NCBI GenBank assembly: GCA_965235115.1
Contig: OZ249437.1
Location: 27,156,001 to 27,220,000, forward strand
Source of the DNA: Laetmonice hystrix
Lineage: Eukaryota
DNA: 64,000 nt
Direction: 5' to 3'
Part shown: one piece after another, positions 52,501 to 62,697 of the stretch
Layout of the letters: each line of letters begins with the position of its first letter
How positions within the stretch are numbered: position 1 is the stretch's first letter
Position numbers and translations under genes: made by a program
Notes under the pieces: generated by a model
Databases searched by the model: none
The model's input: only the letters and a program-made list of their open reading frames with translations
Told to the model about the DNA's origin: nothing

Positions 52501-54846
52501 CGACGGAAGGCTTTCGGTGAAACTTGTAGCAGAGGTGTCGTTTGGTGACATAACAGGTTTTGCCAAAGGCCATGTGTTTGTCGAGTACTCAACAGGCGGG
52601 CCATCCATGGAACGTAGCTGTGCTAACAACGAACTTGCAGGGACGTCACGTTGGTTTTCAAGTTCATGAAACACGCGAGTGACGGTTCCTCTGGTGATAG
52701 TGGGGGGATCCACCACGCCTTTTCTCTTATCTTTTTTGTCATCTTCCTGGTAGGCTGGCAAGGGCGGCGGTAAATGGTCATTGTGGTACACATGGACGTT
52801 AGTGGTTGCGTTGGAGTAGGCGTCGTCATACGGAATACGCTCCTCGAATTTCCGTGTCATGGCTGATTTGTCGTCTTCTTCCCCATGCGGTTGGATGACA
52901 AGGTCGTAAAGTCCACCGGCTGAAGTGTTTTGTTTACCGGGCAATGGAAGTGGGCGCAATGATGGGGACCTCCCCTGGGCTTGCCTCCCTCCGATAGGGA
53001 TGGGGCGCATTGATGGAGAACGGACCTGCTTTTGAGGCATCTTCTTAGCAGAGCTTCGTCTATGTTCTATATGTTCAACAATGTTTTTTTCTATGTGCGA
53101 AGTTTTCATAATAGATGACGATGAATGTTGGGATTGCTGGGAATGCTGCGCGGAATTTAGGCGACTGTTGGAAGATGAAGAACTTGCATGTGATTTCCTC
53201 CTGTCTCCATACAAGAATCGTAAGGCCCGCTCAACTGCGTCATCCACAATATACACCGCCTGTTTGTCAACTTCGGTCTGGCGAAATTTCACTCCCTTTT
53301 CTCTCCTACCATATTTGGCTGCTGCTGCTGCTCCTCGCGTTTGCTGCACAACCTCGTGTCTCTCCTCTGTCACGCTGTGCTCGGCTGTGACGCTACGTTT
53401 GGCACCGGCCGCCGCCATGCCCCCATGACTCGCGCTTTGTCGTTTCGCCATTTGGGCTTTAGAGGACGCCACCATGGCGCCCGCTGCGCCCCCTGCACTA
53501 GCCGCACCCATTGCCGCCGACACCGACGACCTAGATTGGACTTTTGATTGGGATTGGGAGGAGGCGGATTGGCCTCGAGAGCTCGCGGCAGCTGATCCGG
53601 ATTGCATCTGCGCACTGGCAGCAGCGGCGCGACCTTCCTGCATTGACATAGACTGAGACCGTGAACTGGACATCTGCTGGGACTGCGAGGCTCCAGCAGC
53701 TGCTGACGCCTTCTGCATTGGGGTCATGAGGTTCCAACTGTAGCTGGACGTTTCCGAGGCCGTCTCCCCTTCGATGTCCTCAACACGAGCCCCCGGTGGC
53801 GCCATCTGCATGGGCAGCGGCATGCTCTTGTTAAATGCCTGCCGCACATTCTCGTATTGCTCCAGATTGGCTATTTTATTCACACGACGTTGCTCCTTTT
53901 TGCTTTTGCTCTGCTTTGACGACGACGATTGGTCCTCTAAAGAACCCTCAAACTCGTCCACAATATCCTGCCACTTATTTACAGCTTCAGCTTTGGGGTC
54001 AGTCTTGCTAAGTAATCCACGTTTTAATCGAAGATCTGCCGATGACTTCCTGGCAGCTTTTGAAACCTTTTTCGATGACTTACTTTGGCTGCTTGAAGTT
54101 GATTCGACAGACACTGAGCTGCTGTTGCCACTCTTACTCCTGCTTCTTTTCTCCTTCTTGCTTTTCGATTTTCCAGACTTTGCAGCAACGGAAGCAGTAG
54201 CAGCTCCACCCTGCTTCTTACTTGAACCTTGTGCACTTACGCTGGACGATTCATGTCTTGAAACCGATAAATCCATGCCCTGGGTCTTCACTTTAGGGGT
54301 CGATGTCCTGTTGGTACGTCCCCTTTTATCTTGTAACTGTGATGGGTCAAACTCGATGTCCGTTTCAGCCTCGGAGTGGTCAGTGACGGTAATGACTGGG
54401 ACGCTCGCCTCTGTGCCAATACTACTCGATGTACCTGCACTTATCCGCCTCTGTCGGCGAATCACTGGTTGGGGATGTTTGATGGCTGATTCATTAAGGC
54501 GTTGTTGGCTTTTACGTGATTGCTGATTGTGGCCCGTGGCGCGACGACTATTTGAAGTATGATTCAAAACTTGCCGCCCACTCGAGCGGGAGCCCGATAC
54601 GGTGAACCTCCGACTGCCAACCCGATTCCGGCCATCGCCGCCAACAACTGAGGCTCTCGTCGTACGAGACGTGCCCTTCTTTGACGCGACCTGCTTCCGG
54701 TGAGATGTAGACTGACGTTTTGCTGGGGACGCTCTCCTGGGTGATCTGCTTGGCCCACGTGGTGTGGGGGTTGTGCTGCGCGAATGTCGGCTGCTGCGGC
54801 CACTGGACGAAAAGTGGCTGGCGCCGATGCTCTCCACCTGACCCAT
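49543..54846 (-). CDS. Large single-exon ORF, 1767 aa, low-complexity Ser/Arg/Lys-rich N-half and acidic C-terminus; candidate signalling scaffold; family not recognised
   Basis: 5.3 kb without a stop. The first ATG (54846, MGQVES) is preceded in frame by TAG (54922-54924) and TGA (54913-54915); the ORF-track start at 54873 is a GTG. A candidate acceptor tgtcctctggccttgttccag lies just upstream (AG at 54949-54948). Confidence 0.88.
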   Translation of the reverse strand: MGQVESIGASHFSSSGRSSRHSRSTTPTPRGPSRSPRRASPAKRQSTSHRKQVASKKGTSRTTRASVVGGDGRNRVGSRRFTVSGSRSSGRQVLNHTSNSRRATGHNQQSRKSQQRLNESAIKHPQPVIRRQRRISAGTSSSIGTEASVPVITVTDHSEAETDIEFDPSQLQDKRGRTNRTSTPKVKTQGMDLSVSRHESSSVSAQGSSKKQGGAATASVAAKSGKSKSKKEKRSRSKSGNSSSVSVESTSSSQSKSSKKVSKAARKSSADLRLKRGLLSKTDPKAEAVNKWQDIVDEFEGSLEDQSSSSKQSKSKKEQRRVNKIANLEQYENVRQAFNKSMPLPMQMAPPGARVEDIEGETASETSSYSWNLMTPMQKASAAAGASQSQQMSSSRSQSMSMQEGRAAAASAQMQSGSAAASSRGQSASSQSQSKVQSRSSVSAAMGAASAGGAAGAMVASSKAQMAKRQSASHGGMAAAGAKRSVTAEHSVTEERHEVVQQTRGAAAAAKYGRREKGVKFRQTEVDKQAVYIVDDAVERALRFLYGDRRKSHASSSSSNSRLNSAQHSQQSQHSSSSIMKTSHIEKNIVEHIEHRRSSAKKMPQKQVRSPSMRPIPIGGRQAQGRSPSLRPLPLPGKQNTSAGGLYDLVIQPHGEEDDKSAMTRKFEERIPYDDAYSNATTNVHVYHNDHLPPPLPAYQEDDKKDKRKGVVDPPTITRGTVTRVFHELENQRDVPASSLLAQLRSMDGPPVEYSTNTWPLAKPVMSPNDTSATSFTESLPSYNPHYNTLPSEANLGSYTGQWHSLHSLQDYPSRQSTPSPTRIDLRMNTGELVRSLPLSLPPSYVYPRQEIDDIAQSISLPAIQEDDEYGAYSNEPMIVADLLDRQEPVYTVKGQQPAVNMHKNQVLNFYVFNQHKPEPGMPKITYAAQDIETNFGGERQQLMNVYVNEDEVRDMVSEGVQVYQPEDPILPDHKEYTIYHKQTQTPDIAKPKKSPSSPKKIERKKERIIKHILPRKPPERPASPAVHRETHHYITKERHVQSLPPAPPQTSEFCVQTDMTGQDWDDEVNAMNRALTTAEQRALDAEQTINEMHASNAAIDSVVREIEEVVRVQESQPPSLSRDIPITTRASPERTIMDIVERTYAPPPPRQPAPEPEPEPEPEDSDEEETYEWTEIEEKEQRLSMAIFEEIEFNLSRSQGGKTSSETGKTSELVPWVFPGKYEAVVDRRKQKVTQVKDIHREGGNVMVQSGSVPALANSRDGFVTSRGLESLSAEGKIGGAGILEERGVQSWSEHSKNTGGDAQKVNKSEIVTTVSDSSNLSSPTSGRYRTIYERQIMSPAPRETASATDKTRNRTTNEKTERYITVTREDKPADNKKFSSTHVLDVAGNRQMNGTEGGGRGVTTGKTITTYTRLKSPPKGSQHSTTYIRQSGPKDNISKKSEVHTTTYSRPVKEDHTVTSTNSSGYSSSDNTSQMRIDKLHSFELPDIDGAVKHHKHYKTEADIQLSGPVTSQESMTRKSDRSKRFVSRFDPGNIYFTVPQWTPVESSELFLNMSQDSDEASKREHDNDSLPDTLPGVEAEHIKRRSVATKSESQQLPPKVHSEIVQDEEGNLLKVTTTEQQMTKTVDYVPDAESPKRKQTTEEMGEESFVEVDLTTEHFESSKVESDEENEEGGDDIQGDIPEGNTILVAGPDVVEETSIGYKPIEYDDQEKSLGIADEEVAALERQYLYDMNTATLQPVKIKDGKSGEMLMQYTVGDTMVTEL

Positions 54847-54921
54847 GGGGCCAGCGACGCGGGCCGCATACACAATCAGGACGTGGTGACGAGACCGAGG
54901 GACACTCCGGCGTCAGCGTAA

Positions 54922-54936
54922 CTATCGTGCCGTCAT
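54922..54936 (-). promoter_or_regulatory. Candidate upstream ORF (MTAR*) in the 5' leader of the large ORF
   Basis: gacATGacggcacgaTAG; the ATG is 90 nt upstream of the main ATG and downstream of the candidate acceptor. Confidence 0.4.
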
Positions 54937-55494
54937 GTCGCCGGCGCCTGGAACAAGGCCAGAGGACACTATAGGCGAACTTTCCCTGTAGCCCTCCCCC
55001 TAGACAGTATCACACCGGCATAAACAACATGCAAATTACCCATACACACACTCTCTATATCACTCAAATACTACACAAATTCCTCCATGTCGGTGGGAGT
55101 TGGTATTTAACGGTAAACTTGAGTTATTTTTAATTAACATTAGATACTTTATAATTCCGAGCAGTTTGGTAAATTGTTGAAAATAAGATAGTAAATCTTC
55201 ATTTAAGTTATGCACACGTGTTACTCTATTTCTAAGTGACACCAAAACGGGAATCTTTATATCTCTGTATAAAAGTAATGACTCTTATGGCCTTGCATGC
55301 AAATTGCCAGTAACGTTGGAGAATAAATGATTAGGTATAAGGAGGTTGATCTAGGCTAATCATTAGCTTGAACTCGCATCCTGACCGGGACTCCGACAGC
55401 CTTCAACCTCTCAACCTTATGCGACAGACCATAGGCCTATATTTGTGAATCGTTTGCAAATAGGCCTATTATAATTACTCTCCGTATCTCTGTC

Positions 55495-55523
55495 TTTCTG
55501 TCTGTCTCTGCCTGTCTCTCTGA

Positions 55524-55559
<36 letters not shown>

Positions 55560-55570
55560 ATCTCTCTCTC
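55495..55570. repeat. (TGTC)n/(TC)n compound microsatellite
   Basis: Runs of tgtc and tc. Confidence 0.85.
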
Positions 55571-56774
55571 CGAAATTAGTTACCAAGAAGTCATTTGTGA
55601 AGGTCAGTGACACAGAGAAATGGAAAAATGCTGATAGGATAATTGGAATTCCAATAATTATACGATCATTCATAATGGTGGACACTCTTTTGTAATGGGT
55701 CATAGTTGACTGCAGGGCTTAAATATCAATTAAAATCTAAGTATGGCTTCGTTTGGCCATGTAAACAGTCTATAGTACGCATGCGCCAGATGACGATGAT
55801 TAAAACGCCATGATACCTGTGACGGCATGTGCCCGAGACTTTTGATGGATGTGCGTTGGTCGCGACCTTTAGAGCTATAGTTCAGACTTATGAGGTCAAA
55901 TACGGTCGACTGCATGAAGTGGGCAGTTGGTCTGATCTGAATGAATATCTATGTACAGGTTAGATACAGCGCCACCTATAGGCCCATCGGCGCACCGCGT
56001 ATTACTATGTTATTTTGCAGACACAAAGGCACAAAGGTATAGGACATTAATACCTCGTCAGTGGTTATCTTTCACAGATGTTTCAGCATAATATACATCT
56101 ACCAGTTGCAGTATATTTCCGATATAATATGTTCGTAAGCACGTAGAGATAGCATGCATGATGCTTGTAAATGAGCATGTGGCTTTGTATGGTTTTGCGA
56201 ACGGTGTTTCTGGTGCTTGAACTACATTTGAATATTTTCGTATCATTAATCATACTTACATAATTATGAAAACAGTGGCCCCCAGCATCGACCCGTGAGA
56301 ATTAACCGCTACCGCAGCGTAGATTAAACACTTAAATCAGGGCTGCTGATGGCACGGTATTCCAAATTTTATAGTCAAAATTAAATTTTCTTGGTCTGAC
56401 TCCCCCCCTCCCCCCCCCAAAAAAAACCCCAATATTATGCAGTTTACTATACGGTTCTGTGTTTCCTTAGAAATATGGAAATAATAATATTCATCTCACT
56501 GTATAAATAACGTAAATTCTTAAATGTGAAATTACTCAGTCATTACCAATACATTGGTGACCCCTGCCCCCAAGCTAAAAAAAGAATTCAACCGCGTTGT
56601 AAAGAGGGGGGGGGGGGGGTTGGCCCTGCCCACGAGTGCCCTTGGCCTCTGGTCCCGCGGTGCCTTCGGTTTTTTTATCACGGTAGTCAGTCAACTCTCA
56701 GTTTGACTGCATGGAAGGCTGCTCCTCTGCATTATCTCCTTCAGATGCTCATTTCTCATTGGGTGTATGGGTCC

Positions 56775-56812
56775 TAGTAAGGAGATACATGTGCATGTGT
56801 ATCTCCTTACTA
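56775..56812. repeat. Perfect 15-bp inverted repeat with 8-nt loop
   Basis: tagtaaggagataca / tgtatctccttacta. Confidence 0.85.
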
Positions 56813-56858
56813 TAGGAGCCAATACGCATGTTGTCTCCTTCTTCGAAGAAATGATAAT

Positions 56859-57078
56859 TCTCTTGGTCTCTCCTTCTTCAAGAAGAGAACCTTCACCCAG
56901 CGTGCTTAGTGGTGTGCTGAGGTAGATAAGTACCTATAGGTACTTAATAATCTATAGATTATTAGCCCATGAATCACAGAGCGTTAAGGTTAGTCTCAAT
57001 TTGAAGAAGAAATTCTTCACCCATTGCGGTCACCACTCGGCGTGAAACTCTCTTCTTGAAGAAGGAGAAACCAAGAGA
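56859..57078. mobile_element. MITE-like element with 30-bp terminal inverted repeats
   Basis: tctcttggtctctccttcttcaagaagaga versus the reverse complement of 57049-57078: 1 mismatch. Confidence 0.7.
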
Positions 57079-57111
57079 TTGACTTGCATCTGCTTAGGAC
57101 CTTCTTCCCTA

Positions 57112-57308
57112 CACTGTAAAAAAAACAGCTGCGTATTTTTACAGTTAATTTCACTGGCGTCCCAGCTGCCAGTTATAATAACTGTAACTGTTTATTTGTA
57201 ACTGTAAAGATTACTGCGTTATTTTACAGATAACTCTACTGTAAAATATATTTACACCAAATAAATCTGTAAATTTTGTCTGTTATTTTACGAATATGTT
57301 TTACAGTG
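57112..57308. mobile_element. Non-autonomous DNA transposon with CACTGTAAAA termini and TA flanks (CMC/EnSpm-like)
   Basis: ta|cactgtaaaa ... ttttacagtg|ta, with internal ctgtaa/ttacag subterminal motifs. Confidence 0.8.
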
Positions 57309-57371
57309 TAGGAACCCTGCAGGTCCAGTGGACTTTTATCCCCTTCACACCTGCTATGACCTTCTCCTTCA

Positions 57372-57959
57372 GAAAGAACTTGAACTTGATGACAATCAAC
57401 TGGTCGTTAATTGTGCCAATGTCCGTACTGTTGGCAGCCGTGACTGCCGCACATCAATTATGTGGGTCAAAGATGACGTCACACTGGGCCACAGGAAGGT
57501 CCAGTGTATATGGGCCAGACAATACTACTGAACAATGAAATACTTAGGACAGCAACGAAATGAATAAAAGCTAAAGGTAAAATAAGGTGTAGGACAAAAT
57601 TGTAAAAAAAATAACTTTGTTTATTTGTCCCAAAAATCATTCACAATATACAAGTTTCATGATGTACGGGTCCGACTCAACTCAACTTCATCCTACTGCC
57701 TTGAAACCCGCTTCGGTCCCGCCCGACCCGTTAGAACCGGCCTTGCCTCCATTCAACTGGCTCAGAGAAGGGGTTATTCAGGCACAGAAAGCCTGTTACA
57801 GTTGAGTCGGAGAGTATGGAAGTCCGTTTTGTGAGACGGTGTTTGTAACTATCGGGAGGTTTTCTGACGCCAAGATCACGTCAAACTAAGGGCACCCAAC
57901 TCCAATGGGTGGGGTGAGGGTGGTTGACCAGTTGATTGTCATCAAGTTCAAGTTCTTTC
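57372..57959. pseudogene. Two inverted 34-bp copies of a leucine-rich-repeat-like fragment (KELELDDNQL)
   Basis: 57372-57405 (+) is the exact reverse complement of 57926-57959. The - copy continues after a frameshift as TTLTPPIG, resembling LxxLxLxxNQLTTLPxxIG. Confidence 0.35.
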
Positions 57960-60394
57960 CGTGGCTGTTTGGAACTAGATAGGTGTAATTTTGGAACATG
58001 GAAGGGCCGTAAAAAGGGTTCTTTATTGGGAGCTTATAGAGGAGGTCGGGAAGGTTTTTCGATAGGCTGCTAAAGCTTGGGACAGCTCCGAATTGTCTCG
58101 AGAGTTGGAATCTCAGCAAAGAAGATATTTTGAACACGATCGTATGCAATACTTTAATTTAATCAGTGAGTTTGTGATGATGAGATTTAAATTTCAATCC
58201 CAGTTTCTCATGATCAGTGATAAAAGTGTCGGCTGTCTAACCCAGCCGATAAACAAATCGGGTAAATATCTGGCCGGACGATATGTAACCTGCCTATACC
58301 CTTGCGGTAAACAGCGCTACCCTCAGCGTTACGTTTATTTCTGTAGCTATTTTGAACTAGATATGTACTTTTGCAACATCGGAGGGTGGTAAAAAAAACT
58401 TACGAACGTCGAACGTATGTTCTACCACTGGTCTGTCTACAGGGTTAATGGGCATATCGAGGCAAAAATTCGCTTCCGTTATAGTACGGTCGGTGCTATA
58501 CGCATTGTCATTGTCATTGGGTGTGAACATTGTTGCCGTCCACTGATACATGTCTACCAGACGTTTTCTAATCTAATAGTTTAAACAATCCTCCTCCTGT
58601 ACTTTTGTTAATAAAATCGACCTAAGACATTTTACAAATTTACCGTATTTCCTCAAATCGTATCGCCCTTAGGTACATCCCCCGCTACTCCCGAGACCTG
58701 GCGACGGGCCCGCTCAGGACAGAGCTTCGCGTACTTCTCTCCTAATATACCATTTTATATCATTTTGAATAATACTAAATGGCATTAAAGGTAAAAGTAT
58801 ATGTGGGACAAGTTTACCACAAAAAGAAGGTCTGAAATATAGACGCGTTCGGGCGGGAAATATCGCTGCATGAGTCTGGAATCCTTTTCGCATAAAATCG
58901 AAATGTTGCACCTTAAACGCTTAAACAGTTTAACATTTACGGTAGGATGTGGATTTCCCAACATAAACTACAGCGTCTGTAGAAAATCGTTATTTACGTC
59001 ACCAAAGGCATTGTCTTTTGATGTTCACGACAGTGTAACATAACTACCCTTGGTCAGTCAACTCACCTATGGATGCTGAAGAATGTCATCGATGGTAGAC
59101 GCAAGAGTGCTGTAGTCGGTGAACAAGGCCGCAGTGTCTTTCAGTCGACCAGATGGCTCATGTTCAAACAACGAGGAACGTTTGAGGAAGCTCCACATGA
59201 AAGAGAATATGAGCATGTCAGAATATGGTGGCCCATCGCCGAACACAGATGAACAATGCGGCTGGGAGAGTGTTGTCTACCCTTTGGAGCTTGTACGCGC
59301 TAAGCTATACGCGTTCCTCTTCGCTGCCCACCAGAATAACTATGCAATACAACTATTGAGCCGTAGGGCCCGATGGCATCTCGTTTTAATGCTGAACTTC
59401 CACATTCATGTTCAACTATGTCAGAATCGTAAACGCGATGGAAACCAGGCTGCAGCGTTGAAAGGATGTTGAAACAGTGTCCCGCTCAGGTCAGATGTAA
59501 CGTTGATGTTTTTCCCGCTGCCTTAGACCAAGCCGAGGTTCTCCGTTCCCGATAGATAAAGGGGGCTGTCTTCGGTCGAAATAACACGTCTCAGTCCGTT
59601 AAAAACGCTCTACTAACTGCTGATGGTACTGCTCTTATTGTGAATTCATACGTACCTTGATTGACATGACAATAGATTACAGATTTGAATATTAATAGAT
59701 GATTAATGGCATAAGATTGCCCAAACGTGTAAGCGATGAATTACATATTAGCCAAGACGGAAAAAAATAAAAAAAACAACAAACAAAAAACAATCAATGC
59801 CAAAAAAAGGGAGATCATGACACAGCAAATGGTCTTTCACGCTTCTGTTGAAAGAAACTGCCTCATGAGTTTGGCGATGTTTCTGGAACCGGTAGCGGCA
59901 TAAGTTTATTATTCCTTCATAATTATAATGATGTTTTCTCAACTGCATTGGACTAGATTGTGCCCTTCTCAAAAAAACCCCTCCTCACCATCTACGGGGG
60001 GAGTATGCATGGCAGACTTCCAAGAAGAGGTCGCTGTAATGTATTTTGACCCTTTGGTGCACCTTGTGCTGCCAGATGAATCCGTAATTCACACGGAGCA
60101 GTGTTTTAGTGACTCCGAAGGCGCCTGTCTGCACCTGACGTCACGCATGGTCCCGCCCTGTGGGTTTCTGGGAGGTACCAAGTGATGGAGCGTCTCGCTC
60201 TGTCCCCGCCCACCGGAGAGAGTCACTGTGGTCAGTCTGAGGACGCCTGGCCTATACCTATAACCTGTGGGTGGTCACATGGTGTCGTCGAGTGCAGGTT
60301 GTGGTAAAAGACATTGACCTTTCCACAGAGAACGAACTGAAACATTCTGAGGTCTCGATCCCCGGTGGGCGGTGTCAAATGGGCCTCAATCCAA

Positions 60395-61152
60395 ATAGCC
60401 GATCCCACCCGGCCTCACCCACATAGCTGATCCTACACACCCGGTCTCACCCACATAGCCGATCCCATACACCCGGCCTCACCCACATAGCCGACCCCAT
60501 ACACCCGGCCTCACCCACACAGCCGATCCCATACACCCGGCCTCACTCACATGGCCGATCGCACCCGACCTCACCCACATAGCCGACCCCATACACCCGG
60601 CCTCACCCACATAGCCGATCCCATACACCCGGCCTCACCCACATAGCCGACCCCATACACCCGGCCTCACCCACATAGCCGACCCCATACACCCGGCCTC
60701 ACCCACATAGCCGATCCCATACACCCGGCCTCACCCACATAGCCGATCCCATACACCCGGCCTCACCCACATAGCCGACCCCATACACCCGGCCTCACCC
60801 ACATAGCCGACCCCATACACCCGGCCTCACCCACATAGCCGATCCCATACACCCGGCCTCACCCACATAGCCGATCCCATACACCCGGCCTCACCCACAT
60901 AGCCTCACCCACCCAGCCTCACCCACATAGCCGATCCCATACACCCGGCCTCACCCACATAGCCGATCCCATATACACCCGGCCTCACTCACATGGCCGA
61001 TCCCACCCGGCCTCACCCACATAGCCGATCCAACCCAGCCTCACCCACATAGCCGATCCCATCCAGCCTCACCCACATAGCCGATCCCATACACCCGGCC
61101 TCACCCACATAGCCGATCCCATACACCCGGCCTCACCCACATAGCCGACCTC
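60395..61152. repeat. C-rich 34-bp minisatellite, about 22 copies
   Basis: Unit cacccggcctcacccacatagccga(t/c)cccataca, with a few truncated units. Confidence 0.95.
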
Positions 61153-61302
61153 ACTGCGGCTTCATCCACATTGTCGATCTCTGTCATTATGTTTTGATCG
61201 GTTACAAATCGGCGAATTTTTAACCAATTTTGAGATCCACCGTTACCAACCTGGATATATATAGGCCTAATTCAAGTCAGTTCAGGGTCTGTGTGAAACC
61301 TG

Positions 61303-61508
61303 GAATGCACAGAGGCCAATTGCATGCATCAGATTTCCTGCCCCAAATAGTCCAGTTCCGCATGTATGTACATGTAATCGGTTCCTGTGTCACATGACCA
61401 ACACAAATACTTTGAGAGAAAGAACAGGGCCTAAATTATACCCCAGGAACTGGACTATTTGGGGCCGAAAATCTGATGCATGCAAGTGGGCTCCTGCAGA
61501 TGCATTTC
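61303..61508. mobile_element. MITE-like inverted-repeat element
   Basis: 61321-61359 versus 61446-61484 match at 37 of 39 positions; weaker outer pairing. Confidence 0.7.
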
Positions 61509-62697
61509 AATAAAGCCCAAAGATATCTTTGAAAACATCGCTGGAGCCAGGTGCGAGGTTTTTATTGAAACACTCGCTCTCTCCCCATCCAGACTGCACT
61601 AGTCCAAAAGACATCTTTGGCAAAGATATTTTTGGCAAAGATATCTTTTGATATTGAAACTGGTTTCACATGAGGAGGGCGGGGGACATCGGGACACGTT
61701 CTCAGCTTATCAGAGAGTTGTCTCCAGTTGATAATACAGATATCGTATTATAATATCCCAACCTTAAAAAGTAGAAATGCCCTGAGGATATGGTCCACCA
61801 TACTCCCAGGGATAAGGTCAAACTACCAGAGTATTGTAAGGTCAAACATTTACCATGTTCCGCCCACTTCCAACCGGACTCCGACGCCCATGGTCTGTCG
61901 TTACATGTAATGTCCATACCCGTCAAGTCATGCATTTTTTTCTCGAATCCTTTTACCGCGCCACACCTACCTAACATGGTTCCTGTCACATTGGGGAAAC
62001 GATTATTCATATTGTGCAAATAGGACAAGTGGCATGTACCGGAGTTGTCCCCACCTTACTTCAAATGCATGAATGTGTAGGCGTATACCTACTTTAACCG
62101 CTTAAATAATTCTTATATATAAAGTCTTGTATACACGTATTGCTATTCGCGGTATTAGCCGTCACTATTGCCATTTATAAATTAATCCTGCATTTTGCAG
62201 GCTTGCACCAGACCGACCTTTTCAAATAAGGCACATTTTATTACAATTGTAAAATTGTAATAGTATATTATGCTCCTATAATAACTCTCTCTCTATCAGG
62301 ATAAAAAAAGATAGAAATATATCTTTGTTTAGTGGAGTAAAAAAATTCATTGAAATTATAGACCCCTGAATTTGGGCATGCGGGTTTCTGTGACATTCAT
62401 GATTTTTTGGTCCCTCAAAAATCAAAGCCATATATTTTGGTACATGACTTTTTGTATAATAAAATGCAACATTCTAATTGTATGTGTCTTCCTGTAGGTT
62501 AGTTCCATGGTGAAAATAACTATATTATATCAAGTTGGAGAATTTTTGGGTGTTTAATAGGTTTTGGACATCAAATTGCTCAGTTATCTTATAGAATCAC
62601 CTACAGAGAGATAGCCGAACATATTTGATAAGCTCTATCGGACGGTTGTTACATCATTTGTTGTAACACGCCCCAACCCGCCGTCCTGAGCGTCACT

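Noticed and set aside
50612-54974. + strand ORFs up to 250 aa antisense to the large ORF
   Set aside because: Expected shadow ORFs opposite a long, codon-biased CDS; Leu/Ser-rich with no independent signals.
59103-59126. LFTDYSTL resembling the LFADD motif of LINE reverse transcriptase
   Set aside because: Catalytic residues are altered and no upstream PQG motif could be aligned convincingly.
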